From the IMG/VR virus record IMGVR_UViG_2061766007_000638: a DNA stretch of 64,000 nt, one strand, 5' to 3'. Position numbers and translations under genes: made by a program. Shown piece by piece: positions 42,679-53,542 of the stretch. The notes below the pieces were generated by a model. That model ran no database searches. It was not told where the DNA came from and saw nothing but the letters and a program-made list of their open reading frames with translations. How positions within the stretch are numbered: the first letter of the stretch is position 1; each line of letters starts with the position of its first letter. This DNA is from an uncultured virus (IMG/VR IMGVR_UViG_2061766007_000638) (taxonomy: Duplodnaviria > Heunggongvirae > Uroviricota > Caudoviricetes).

Positions 42679-43125
42679 GTGGCAGGCAGAAAAAATGCTT
42701 ATGATGAATTAATCGCTCCGAGGCTTGAGGAAGTTTCCGAATGGGCGAAATTTGGAGCGACTGAAAAACAGATTGCAAAAAATCTAAACATTACTCAAAG
42801 CACTTTTTGTAAATACAAAAAAGAAAAAATTGAATTTTCAGAAGCTCTTAAAAAAGGGCGTTTGGAGTTGGTTACAGAATTAAGAGGTGCTTTAGTTAAA
42901 AAAGCTTTAGGCGGTTTTTCTTATAGCGAAATTCGCCAAACAACTAAAAACGAAGGCGGAGAAGAAACGACAGTTACAGAAAAGATTACAAAGGTGGCAT
43001 TGCCTGATGTGGCGGCGTTAAATCTTTGTTTAAAAAACTATGATCCTGAAAACTGGGCGAACGATCCGCAGATGTTGAAAATCAAAAAAGAGGAATTAAA
43101 ACTCAAACAAAAAGAAAGCTGGTGA
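42679..43125 (+). CDS. HTH protein, terminase-small-subunit-like
   Basis: WAKFGATEKQIAKNLNITQST...LVKKALG...PDVAA...LKN..PENW. Confidence 0.65.
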   Translation: MAGRKNAYDELIAPRLEEVSEWAKFGATEKQIAKNLNITQSTFCKYKKEKIEFSEALKKGRLELVTELRGALVKKALGGFSYSEIRQTTKNEGGEETTVTEKITKVALPDVAALNLCLKNYDPENWANDPQMLKIKKEELKLKQKESW

Positions 43126-43129
43126 TGTT

Positions 43130-43558
43130 ATGGCTGAATATACGATTGGTGCAGATAAGTGCTTGACGAACGTCAACACGGCTATAAATGCAAACGTCAA
43201 TCCAAAAGTGCAGGCACTTCAAGCAGTTATCAATCTTGTCGATAGTAAAGTCGATGGCGTTATATCGGGAATGTTAATTAATATGCTGGTTAATGTTGAC
43301 GGATCAACATCTGTAGTTGATATTATTGATAACTGTAAAAACGGCATCACTATCTACACGTTAAAAGTCTGCGCTGATAACAACTATCCTATAGCTCTAA
43401 ATTTATTGGGAGCAGATGGAGCGATCGTCATCGTGTGCAAACTCGGAACGATCGGGATGATTGCTTTTGAGTATAATAGCACACTTTATTTTGCGCATTA
43501 TTACAACAACTCGGGAACAGGCGTTCTCGGAAGTTGGCAGATGGTGACGGTGACATGA
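43130..43558 (+). CDS. Hypothetical protein
   Basis: 142 aa ORF coupled to both neighbours. Confidence 0.6.
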   Translation: MAEYTIGADKCLTNVNTAINANVNPKVQALQAVINLVDSKVDGVISGMLINMLVNVDGSTSVVDIIDNCKNGITIYTLKVCADNNYPIALNLLGADGAIVIVCKLGTIGMIAFEYNSTLYFAHYYNNSGTGVLGSWQMVTVT

Positions 43559-44253
43559 TGACTAAACTGCAATCCTTTTACCATTCTAAAAAATGGGAGG
43601 CGTTTGTAAAACGTTTGCGAATGGAGCGAACAGATCAAAATGGTATGCTGATTTGTGAGCATTGCCACAAGCCGATTTTTAAAGCCTATGACTGCATAGC
43701 ACATCATAAGCAAGAGTTAACTGCTGATAATGTCGATGATGTTAATATATCTTTCAGTCCCGATAACATCATGCTGATACATTTCCGCTGTCATAATGAG
43801 ATACATCAGCGTTTCGGGTACGCAAAAGCGAAACCGCAAAAGCGGGTGTTTATCGTGTACGGTGCGCCTTGCAGTGGCAAAACGACATGGGTAAATAGTG
43901 TAGCGACAAAGCAGGATCTAATTCTTGATGTTGATCGCTTGTGGTCGGCAATAAAAGCTGACTGCTGCGGAAAGTTTGAGAAGCCTAACGAGCTTACAAC
44001 AAATGTCTTTGCGCTGCGTGATTGCATTCTTGATATGATCAAAGTCAGGCGTGGACGTTGGAAGACAGCCTATATCATAGGCGGCTATCCTTTGCAGGGA
44101 GAGCGTGAGCGTGTTGCTGAGAACGTCAATGCTGATCGTTTAATTTTTATTGATACACCAAAAGAGGTATGCCTTGCGAGGGCAAAGCAAAAAGCATCAG
44201 AATGGGTTGACTTTGTGAACGCTTGGTTCGACAGGTATTCCCCCCCCTCTTAG
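43555..44253 (+). CDS. HNH endonuclease fused to a P-loop domain
   Basis: CEHC, AHHK...HFRCHNEIH then VYGAPCSGKTT. Confidence 0.85.
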   Translation: MMTKLQSFYHSKKWEAFVKRLRMERTDQNGMLICEHCHKPIFKAYDCIAHHKQELTADNVDDVNISFSPDNIMLIHFRCHNEIHQRFGYAKAKPQKRVFIVYGAPCSGKTTWVNSVATKQDLILDVDRLWSAIKADCCGKFEKPNELTTNVFALRDCILDMIKVRRGRWKTAYIIGGYPLQGERERVAENVNADRLIFIDTPKEVCLARAKQKASEWVDFVNAWFDRYSPPS

Positions 44254-45729
44254 CGATTAAATGCCTTTGTGGGGGACNNNNNNNNNNNNNNNNNNNNNNN
44301 NNNNNNNNNNNNNNNNNNNNNNNNNNNNNNNNNNNNNNNNNNNNNNNNNNNNNNNNNNNNNNNNNNNNNNNNNNNNNNNNNNNNNNNNNNNNNNNNNNNN
44401 NNNNNNNNNNNNNNNNNNNNNNNNNNNNNNNNNNNNNNNNNNNNNNNNNNNNNNNNNNNNNNNNNNNNNNNNNNNNNNNNNNNNNNNNNNNNNNNNNNNN
44501 NNNNNNNNNNNNNNNNNNNNNNNNNNNNNNNNNNNNNNNNNNNNNNNNNNNNNNNNNNNNNNNNNNNNNNNNNNNNNNNNNNNNNNNNNNNNNNNNNNNN
44601 NNNNNNNNNNNNNNNNNNNNNNNNNNNNNNNNNNNNNNNNNNNNNNNNNNNNNNNNNNNNNNNNNNNNNNNNNNNNNNNNNNNNNNNNNNNNNNNNNNNN
44701 NNNNNTTCGTCAATTTTCTCGATTGTCTTTCCTATCACATCTTTATCCGAGCTTGACTTCACACCGCATGTACTGTCGTATGCGACCGCCCTGCCGTATA
44801 AGCTCTGCCTTAGCTTATCGGCTTTTGCGAGTGTGAGATTTACTTCTCGGTCTATGTAGTATGCTTGATTTAAATATTTTTTTGCAGTCATATCAAACCT
44901 CTTTTTATCTGAGAATAAAAGTTTCTTCAAAAGTTTTCCCAACCACTTTACATATCGCCTGAAAAACATCAAGCGAGAAATGTCCTTTGTGTTTTCCTTG
45001 CAAAAAATCTTGCAGGGAATGGGTCCTATTTTGGTCATACAGTTCCGCTTCATTAAGAACGAGCTGGCAAAACACATAAAGCGATAGCTCTTTGCGCTCT
45101 TGTAAAAAATCATAAACGCCTTTGTAAACAATTTTTTCTCTTGCAAGTTCCGTTCTTTTATGGTTCGGAGTTTTGACTTTGTAATATCTTCCGGATGTGT
45201 AATAGTTTACACACCCTATTGGACAGTCCATTTTTCGTGCAATATCAGCTTTTGTCATTCCGCTGTAAAACAAGCTTTGAATTTCCTTGATTTGTGCTTC
45301 GGTCATTTTTCTCACCTCTCTGTTTTCGCCTGTAATGCCCTAAATTTGCGTTTTATGGTTTGGGTATGAAATTATACCACTGATAAATAAAAAACGATTC
45401 TCGGGGCATTACAGACAATTTAAACGCTATCATTTGTTATCTTTCGCCGCTTCGATAAGCGCTTCTATATGATTTTGTACCTTATCTCTGCAGTCATGAC
45501 AAACAAAATATTGTTTCCGATTTCTATATCTGCCCTCAATCCCTGCTATTATAACATGATTTTTGTTGTGTTCTATTAAAGTTTCGATTCCGTTTCCGCA
45601 TATATCGCATAAATATTTTACCATTTTAATCTTCCTTTCCATCCTTCGCCGCCGCACAAAGCGCAGCGATCGCAAAACCGATTGTACCGCCTAAAAACAA
45701 GCCGAATAAAAAATTAATCNNNNNNNNNN

Positions 45730-46138
45730 CGTAAACGCTACCAATGACTTCAAAGTAATTGTTCACCCAATCGCTCTCCAGTGTTTCATAGCCGTATTTC
45801 GTTTTTCCGTGCCACCCATAGTCATACCAACAAACGAGAAACCTCGTTTCGCTCTCCGGGGAATCATCATCAAAGAATGCTGATATTATATCCCCTTCAA
45901 AAATCCTTGTGCCGTTCTTGTCGGTTAAGCCGGTGTACTGTCCCACCGTTTCAGGTTTTACCATCCACGAATTATGGTATTCAGGTACATAAATAAACGT
46001 GTCGCAATTCGGCGTGAATATAAAAGTGGCTTTCCCACTCTCTCGTTCTCTTTTGTTAATATCGGATTTGTAAAAGTATCCATACAGCCAACCGTTTCGT
46101 TCTTGCAAATCTTTTCCTCTAAACAAAATCTCTTTCAT
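45730..46138 (-). CDS. YopX family protein (gap-truncated)
   Basis: MKEILFRGK...GQYTGLTDKNG..IFEGDI. Confidence 0.85.
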
Positions 46139-46579
46139 TGTTCTTTCTCCTTTCGTTTGTTCCAAGCCGCTATTGCGTCTTGTTTAGTGAAATGTCTATA
46201 ACCGCAGTTTGCTCCACANNNNNNNNNNCTCAACATATTCTTCATGCTCTCTGAGTTCATCTGCATCACAATGAACATCATCAAAATATTTTGTGTTTTC
46301 GTAACGTGCCTTCCAATATCCTATCGCCTTTTCAATCGTCATGTTACTCATTTTTAACCCACCTTGTACCGTTATGTCTGAATTTGTCTTTATGCTGATT
46401 ATATGGATTGTGTACGCACTGCAAGCACTCTCCAGAGTGCCATGACGGACACGAAATTACAGGAAGTCTGCATTTTGTCAGGCAATATTTACCGCACTCG
46501 GAACAAACATAATCTGTTTTTTTCTGCGACAAAAATTTCTCTGTATCTATTTTTCTGCCGCAAAACTGACATTCAACCA

Positions 46580-46878
46580 TTACCAATTCACCGCCTTGTC
46601 TATTTCCTTTTTCTGTTCCTGCTGGGACATTCTCAAATATATCATTGTCGTGTTTATACCTGAATGCCCGAGAACGTCAGCCAAAAGCGAGATATTGTTA
46701 TTTCTTTTAAGAAACTCTATGGCAAACATATGACGAAAAGCGTGAGGGTGCAGGTGACTTTTCGGAATGTTGTATTTTTCGGCACTGCCTATGAGAAATC
46801 CTGCTACTCCTCTTGATGTGATCTGAGCACCGTAATGATTACAGCACAAGTAGTCGTCATCTTTTTTGTCTGCAATCC
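46580..46878 (-). CDS. Tyrosine recombinase C-terminal fragment
   Basis: HPHAFRH...LADVLGHS..NTTMIY. Confidence 0.8.
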
Positions 46879-47371
46879 NNNNNNNNNNTTTGTCAATAAA
46901 GCCGCAATGGTCGCAATCCAGTTTCGCATAATCCGGTCTATCGCAACGCCACTTCGGGCAATCTGATTCCTTTTTACCTTGAAACACACAATTCGTATTA
47001 TCACAATCAATACAGAGTGTGTTACGAGAGCAGTTATTCATTGCTATCAATCTCCTTTCTGCGTGACCGTATAACCCTCGTAAGCAATCACCGCACGAAA
47101 NNNNNNNNNNNNNNNNNNNNNNNNNNNNNNNNNNNNNNNNNNNNNNNNNNNNNNNNNNNNNNNNNNNNNNNNNNNNNNNNNNNNNNNNNNNNNNNNNNNN
47201 NNNNNNNNNNNNNNNNNNNNNNNNNNNNNNNNNNNNNNNNNNNNNNNNNNNNNNNNNNNNNNNNNNNNNNNNNNNNNNNNNNNNNNNNNAGCACACCGTC
47301 TATTGCCTGATTCTCAAGCTGTTCAAACACCTGCATATCATCAAAATTTATTTTTTTCATAACATCCTCAT

Positions 47372-47489
47372 TACGGAGGGTTCGGAGGGTTTAACCCCTT
47401 TTCCGAAAACCCTTTATATATATTTATTTTTTTCTTTTTTTCTATACAAAAGAATAAGAAAACCCCTCAAACCCTCCGTACCCTCCGTA
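47372..47489. repeat. Inverted iteron pairs around an AT-rich spacer; putative origin
   Basis: TACGGAGGGTTCGGAGGGTTT / AAACCCTCCGTACCCTCCGTA (20/21 inverted match) after the primase stop. Confidence 0.7.
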
Positions 47490-47490
47490 C

Positions 47491-49793
47491 TTAGCAATTG
47501 ATAAACAAAGAAATACCGTTATAAAAAATCTGCCCTTTGCTTGTTTTTACCTTCTCAAATCTCTTTGCGATCTCCAACCCGAATTTTGTCGCACTCATTT
47601 TATACTCGTTATTTTCATCTGCCCATGCTGAATAATCGGCATATAGCGTGCTTGACTGTACGCTCCCCGACAATTGACAGCGGTCATCAATAAACGCCGA
47701 TATAACGTCCATTTCTCTCCTGTATTCCCTCACCGAATCAAGTACCGCTTTCGGCATTTTCAAGCCCTCGTTCTGCCACATTAAGCACCCGTCAACGCAC
47801 CACTTGAAAATAGCCGTCATTTCGGCTTTGAGCTTATACTTCAAATTGCGGTCAATTTTTTCTTCGGGTATCTGAACGGTAAACGGTATCATGTGTATTC
47901 TTCTCCATATACCCGTATCAGTGCCACGAATAATGGGCTTATGGTTCGTTGCCATCCAGAGCTTAAACTCGGGCTTGAATTCAAATTCGTCACTGTACAG
48001 CTTACGTGCAGTAACAGGATCGTCGCCTGTGAGCTGCTTTAACAGTCCCTCATTTATGCGTACTCCCTCGTTAGGCTCAACACTTGTTACAAGTCTTGCA
48101 CCCTTTAATCTCGCAATATCGCTGTTTGCATTGTTGCCTGAACTGCTCTTAACCATGATAGTTTCCGGCTGAATGTTCGCCGCATAATCTCCGAAAACGT
48201 CACGAATCACATCGAGAAAAGTCGACTTTCCGTTGCGTCCTGTGCCGTACAAAAAGAATGCGCACTGCTCAGCCGTTGAGCCTGTCAAGGTGTAGCCCAC
48301 CGCTTTTTGTATGTATCGTACAAGATCTTTATCGCCGCCGAAAATCTCGTCAAGAAACGCTTTCCACCTCGGGCAGTCTGCATTTCTTGAAAATTCGACA
48401 GACGTTATTTTTGATAAGTAATATTCGGGCTTATGTTCGTTTAACTCTCCTGTTTTAAGATTCAGAACTCCGCTCGGGGTGTTAAGTGCCATTTTGTATC
48501 TGTCAAGCTGTATTGGCATGATAGGCACATGATGACGTGTGACTGCTATCATTGACTTTCTGTTCTTGTCTGAACGGCTTGCTTTCATGTGCTTTTGAAA
48601 CGCTTTCGCCATGTCGCCGCCGTCCTCTTCGTCCGATTGTATATAATAGGTCGCTTCGGCTTTCATTGCTTCAATCGCTTTATCAGCAAGCCGTTCTATT
48701 GTGCCGTCAAAGTCAACGCACCACTTCAAAAAGTTATAATAGTACCACCGCTTATCGGTATAACAGTATCTGATATATTCACCAAACAAATCAACAAGCC
48801 TTTGAGCATTGCCCATATCGTCCATTGTATAAGGCTTAAATTCCGTTTGAACACCGTCAACAGCTGTACCGCCCGAATTTTTTATATTTATTGAATATTC
48901 ACTTTTCGGGGTATAAACAGCGGTACAGCCTGCAATTGCCTTTTGCAAGGTTGCTACCCTATAATCGTCACGCTCCCACTTCTCGCGCATTAAGCCCGAT
49001 TGTCTGAAAATAGCGTCCATTTTATCGGCGTCGCACCCCGTCCAGAATGCAAGCATATTACAAAACGCAATATCAGCCTCGCTCTGAGAACCGTATGCGG
49101 ATATATCTCCGCTGTACAATGCTTTGAATTTATCGCCGTTTTTCGCATTGCAGGCAGCTTTTACAATATCGCTTGCGCTGTTAAGATTTGGCGTATGAAT
49201 TACTCTCGGCGCAGGCTCTTTTGCGCCGCCTATGTACTTTGCGTGAAGCGGCTTGATACTCTCTGTGCAGTCGATTATCTTTTCATACTTAGAACACGGA
49301 ATACCCGACATTACAAAAAATCTGCCTGTTTCGTACATCTCAAAGCCGCCCTGTGCGGTCTTTTTCTTTCTGCCGCCCTTAGGCAGAGTACCTTTACAGA
49401 TAATATGTATGCCCTTTTTGCTTTGACTGTACTCTGCGTAGGACTGCAATTCATAGATAAACTCGGCTATGATATTGTTTGAGCCGCCGTTTTCATAGTC
49501 TTTCAGATCGTTCGGCATATCGTCAAGATCAACGCCGAAATACTCGGAGCTGCCGAACATAAACCCGATACCCGAAAAACGCCCGGACGCTTTTACCGCC
49601 GTATCAAAATCAGCCCATGTGNNNNNNNNNNNNNNNNNNNNNNNNNNNNNNNNGTACCGTCTTTAGGGTTGACAGGCTTTTTACTTATACCGCTGTGCGC
49701 CTTTTCATCGGGTACAGCCTTCCAGCACACCCAGTTCGGCAGTTTTTTCAGTTCTTCCGGGATTGCGCTGTATTTATCATTTTTAAATCCCAT
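47491..49793 (-). CDS. Primase-helicase, P4/D5 family (gap near N-terminus)
   Basis: IPEELKKLPNWVCW, GVDLDD, GTGRNGKST. Confidence 0.93.
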
Positions 49794-49856
49794 TTTTATC
49801 ACTCCTTAAAAATTGCCGAACAGGACGAATGTTTTTGTATAAAATTTTGCAAAAAG

Positions 49857-50423
49857 TCAAAACGGTAAATCATCGGGAACATAATTTTCTGTGTTCGGCT
49901 GTGCTGCTGCCGAAACTGCCGCCTGTGCAAATGCCTGATTGTTTTGAGCGAAACCGCCGTTCTGCGTTCTGTCTTTATATACATGCTTGCATTCGGGGTA
50001 CTTTGTTTCTGTTATCCAAGTGATGACTTCTCTCCATTTGTCGTTGTAATCATCGTGCTTAACGGTCACGCAAATACACTTATCGACAAGGTCTTTGAAG
50101 AACTCTTCGAGCGTATCGTAGCTTTTGCCGTCAGGCAGATTTGCCGATTTACTGAGGTTCATCAGCTGTCCGTAGCTGTAACCGTTCACTTGTTCGTCAA
50201 GCTCTGTCGGCTGCTTGCGTTTCCAGAACGTATGAAAAAGAAAGCCGTTGCCAAATTTCTGATTCGGTACATCGTTTCTAATGAGCAGTTTTAAATTAAT
50301 GCCCCTTGTGCCTGTGGAGAACTTCTTCTCCTCTATGCTTTTGATGATTACTTCGTAATCGCCCTCGGGCTTGAGCGAATATTCGCTCTGCGTTGCTTGT
50401 TTGTGATCGTTTGAAAATCCCAT
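49857..50423 (-). CDS. DUF669 family protein
   Basis: KPEGDYEV...IRNDV; DDLPF tail. Confidence 0.8.
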   Translation of the reverse strand: MGFSNDHKQATQSEYSLKPEGDYEVIIKSIEEKKFSTGTRGINLKLLIRNDVPNQKFGNGFLFHTFWKRKQPTELDEQVNGYSYGQLMNLSKSANLPDGKSYDTLEEFFKDLVDKCICVTVKHDDYNDKWREVITWITETKYPECKHVYKDRTQNGGFAQNNQAFAQAAVSAAAQPNTENYVPDDLPF

Positions 50424-50425
50424 AA

Positions 50426-50740
50426 TTAAACCTCCGTAATAAGCTTTACAGCGTCCTCAGCACTCCTGCAAATTCCTGCAACTGCGCCACATGACTGCAT
50501 TTGATTTATAAAATTTGTTTGTTCCTTTGACGGTCTGCCTTTTGCCGTTTTTACCTCGATAAACACAGCTTTACCGTCACTTTTTCGTACTCCGAACAGG
50601 TCGGAAAAGCCAGGCGGAACGCCCGTAGAAAAATGCCGTCCGTCAACGGTCAAACCCGTACCGACATTTACTCGAAATACTGCCGCATACGGTGATAGCG
50701 CCGCTCTAATCTCGTTTTGTATTCTGTGTTCTTCTGTCAA
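50426..50740 (-). CDS. VRR-NUC nuclease
   Basis: GFSDLFG...FIEVKT. Confidence 0.9.
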   Translation of the reverse strand: MTEEHRIQNEIRAALSPYAAVFRVNVGTGLTVDGRHFSTGVPPGFSDLFGVRKSDGKAVFIEVKTAKGRPSKEQTNFINQMQSCGAVAGICRSAEDAVKLITEV

Positions 50741-52077
50741 GCTATCAATCCTCTTTTCTTCGCCTGATAATATGCCCAGCCGACTTTATAGCCGTGAGAT
50801 TTGGCGTACTTCACTAATTCGGCATAGCTTTGGCATTGCTCGGGTCCTGCATAGTCAAGCTTAAAACCGACTACCTTTACAAGCTCCGTTTCTTCTTTAA
50901 ACTCGATTTTTCTTTCTTTGCTCGGGAATGCAAAACCACACTGAGGACATTTTTTCTCGCCGCCGTCTAAAGCGTCAAGGCTGAATGTGTAAAAGCATTC
51001 GGGGCATTGTAAGACCTTTGCCCCCTGCTCCTTTTCTTGCTGAATTTTGTTTCGTTTTTTCTTCTCCAGCGTCCATTGTCTGTCATCATCTGGCATACCG
51101 TGACGGGCATAGTTGCCTACATGGTCAATGATGATCGCTCTTTTGCCCGGCTTATACCTCATGCAACGCATTGACTGTTGTATGAATAGCGTCAAGCTGT
51201 GAGTAGGTCGAAGAAGTATCGAACACTCGCAGTCGGGAACATCAAAGCCTTCTGAAATTAAGTCCACATTGCAAAGAATAGTTATCTCACCCTGTCGGAA
51301 ATCGCTTATTATTTTGTCACGCTCTGCCTTTGGAGTGCCGCCGTCAATATGCCTTGCGGGTATTCCTGCGGCATTAAAAGCTTCTGCCGTTTTCTCCGAA
51401 TGTTTGATCGACGAACAGTAACAAATAGCTTTTTTGCCGTCTGCAAGCTGTTTGTAATAGCGGATAACGTCACCAAAAACAGCTTTTTTTATCATAGCTT
51501 TTTCAATGTCAGAGGTGACGTATTCACCCATTTTTGTATGCAAGCCCGTCAAGTCTGCAATGTCGGGAGCGTAATAATCGTAAGGAGCAAGGTGTTTATT
51601 TTCGATAAGCCACTTTGTTGACACACCGATAATAAGCTTGTCGTTTACATCTCCCAGACCATCGCCGTTAAGCCGGACCGGGGTAGCCGTTACACCTATG
51701 CGGGGCACGGTCGGGAAGTATTCATATATACGCTTGTAGGACTGCGCCAGGCTGTGATGGTTCTCGTCCGTGATAATCAATGCAGGCTTTTTGAGCCGTT
51801 TTAATCGCCTTGTAAACGTCTGTACCATGCCGATCTCGCACAATTCCATAAGTACGCCCCAGCGTACAAAGGTGCGAAAAATCTGGTCTACAAGTTCTTT
51901 TCGGTGTACTATAAATAATACTCGTTTGCCGTTCCAAGTGGTTCGGCGGGCGATCTCGGCGACAATACACGACTTGCCGCCTCCACACCCTAAAACGATA
52001 CAAGGAGCTTTAAAGCCATCTCGCCAAGCTTTGCGCACCTGTTCTACAAGTTCATTCTGATACGGTCTTAGCTGCAT
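50737..52077 (-). CDS. SF2 helicase
   Basis: LRPYQ, GCGGGKS, DENHH, TATP, QQSMRCMR. Confidence 0.93.
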   Translation of the reverse strand: MQLRPYQNELVEQVRKAWRDGFKAPCIVLGCGGGKSCIVAEIARRTTWNGKRVLFIVHRKELVDQIFRTFVRWGVLMELCEIGMVQTFTRRLKRLKKPALIITDENHHSLAQSYKRIYEYFPTVPRIGVTATPVRLNGDGLGDVNDKLIIGVSTKWLIENKHLAPYDYYAPDIADLTGLHTKMGEYVTSDIEKAMIKKAVFGDVIRYYKQLADGKKAICYCSSIKHSEKTAEAFNAAGIPARHIDGGTPKAERDKIISDFRQGEITILCNVDLISEGFDVPDCECSILLRPTHSLTLFIQQSMRCMRYKPGKRAIIIDHVGNYARHGMPDDDRQWTLEKKKRNKIQQEKEQGAKVLQCPECFYTFSLDALDGGEKKCPQCGFAFPSKERKIEFKEETELVKVVGFKLDYAGPEQCQSYAELVKYAKSHGYKVGWAYYQAKKRGLIA

Positions 52078-52936
52078 CTGCTTTCGCCTCCTGCATAGCC
52101 TTACACACGCAAGACAAACAAAGCTGTCTGCCGTAAACCTTAACAGTGCCGTCTATCATTTCTTGTACAGTCTTTTTTGCGTTGCCCATAATAACCGAGT
52201 GACAGTCTGCGCACCTCGGCAGGTTTACCCCCTGCGACAAAAACTCGCTGAGCCGCTCGCCCAGTTCGGGAGTGATTACACCGCTCCAGCCGTCAAGGAA
52301 GGTAGTATCTTTCGATACCGTTGCGGTATGAGTACGGTCAATTAAAAGACAAATGTCAAATTCATACTCGGTGTTTTCACGCTGTACAGGAGCAAGCCCC
52401 AGTTTAACAGGCTGCATTTTTCCTCGGTCGTTTTCTTCCATAGCATACGCCATCTTCGTACGCATTGTAACGATTGTGTGAGCATTGACGGAGAGAATTG
52501 TATTTATAAGATTGTTCTGAACCTTTCCTGCGTCTGCCCATGCCGTATAGTCGTTTTTACCCTGATGTTTGGCAACCTCCGATTTGTAATCGAGAACACC
52601 ACCTTCGTTATCCCACGCATGAGAAAAGCTGTCGATTATGATAACGCCGTCCTCGCCTACTGCCTGCGCCGCTTCGTTTACATATTGTATATATCGGTCG
52701 GCAGAGTAAGGCGGAGTGAGTGCGGCATACAAAAAAGCGCCTGTGTTGAGATCGTCACGATTGGCATAAAATCTGCCCCTTTCGTGCTCTGTGTCTATAA
52801 GGGCAATTTTGCCCCAGTCCTTTGTAAAACCGTATGCAAGGTAGAGCGCGGAGAGCGTTTTTCCCGAACCGGACGCGCCGATCAGGGCTATTCTCGCTTT
52901 TGACTTTGCTCTTGTTGCTGTTGAAAATAATGACAT
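52052..52936 (-). CDS. Sak4-like AAA ATPase
   Basis: GASGSGKT, IALIDTE, IIDSFSHAW. Confidence 0.88.
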   Translation of the reverse strand: MSLFSTATRAKSKARIALIGASGSGKTLSALYLAYGFTKDWGKIALIDTEHERGRFYANRDDLNTGAFLYAALTPPYSADRYIQYVNEAAQAVGEDGVIIIDSFSHAWDNEGGVLDYKSEVAKHQGKNDYTAWADAGKVQNNLINTILSVNAHTIVTMRTKMAYAMEENDRGKMQPVKLGLAPVQRENTEYEFDICLLIDRTHTATVSKDTTFLDGWSGVITPELGERLSEFLSQGVNLPRCADCHSVIMGNAKKTVQEMIDGTVKVYGRQLCLSCVCKAMQEAKADAAKTVSE

Positions 52937-52945
52937 GGTAACACC

Positions 52946-53539
52946 TCACTTAATTTCAAGCACCGTTTTTCGTTCAAGGTGCGCAAACGGAATTTTTTCT
53001 TTTTTCTTTAACAAGGCTTTGACAACAGCTTTTTTTACGCTCGGCTGTTCATACTTTAACAGGTCGTCACGATCGTTACATTCTGCCCACTTGATGAACT
53101 CCTGCTCGTTCTCGATAACGGTACTATCCGGGTTCTGCTTGATTCTGATCTTTGCCTGCGGGCGGTCGATCTGCGTTCTTTTGATCTTTTGCATACTGTC
53201 AAACAGGTATTTTTCCAAACGTTCTGCAAGTTTGTTTTTAGCGGACTGCCGCTTTTCAAGCTTTAACTTCTCGGCTTTGAGCTGTTCAGCGTCTGATTTG
53301 AGATTTTTTATGTATATAGCGATATTTACCGCCTTATCCTCGAAAAATTCCTCAATGCCCTCAAGGGTATCAAACCAAGCCTCGAACATAGCCTCCTTAT
53401 ATGCGGTTACGTTCTCTATAATATCGCCGTTCTCGTCTATCGGCTGTCCGTCCTCGTTTGTGTCAGGCTCCCATGCGTCAATGTCAATAAAGCGGTCGTA
53501 AAGGTCGCTAAAAACGCCTGTTATTTCGTAAAGTTTCAC
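52946..53539 (-). CDS. Siphovirus Gp157 family protein
   Basis: KLYEIT...DTLEGIE..FEDKA..IA.YIKNL. Confidence 0.85.
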   Translation of the reverse strand: MKLYEITGVFSDLYDRFIDIDAWEPDTNEDGQPIDENGDIIENVTAYKEAMFEAWFDTLEGIEEFFEDKAVNIAIYIKNLKSDAEQLKAEKLKLEKRQSAKNKLAERLEKYLFDSMQKIKRTQIDRPQAKIRIKQNPDSTVIENEQEFIKWAECNDRDDLLKYEQPSVKKAVVKALLKKKEKIPFAHLERKTVLEIK

Positions 53540-53542
53540 TGA

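Noticed and set aside
44147..45146. Long ORFs running through N blocks
   Set aside because: Artefacts of translating gaps; only the ArpU-like start (MTAKKYLNQAY) is credible.
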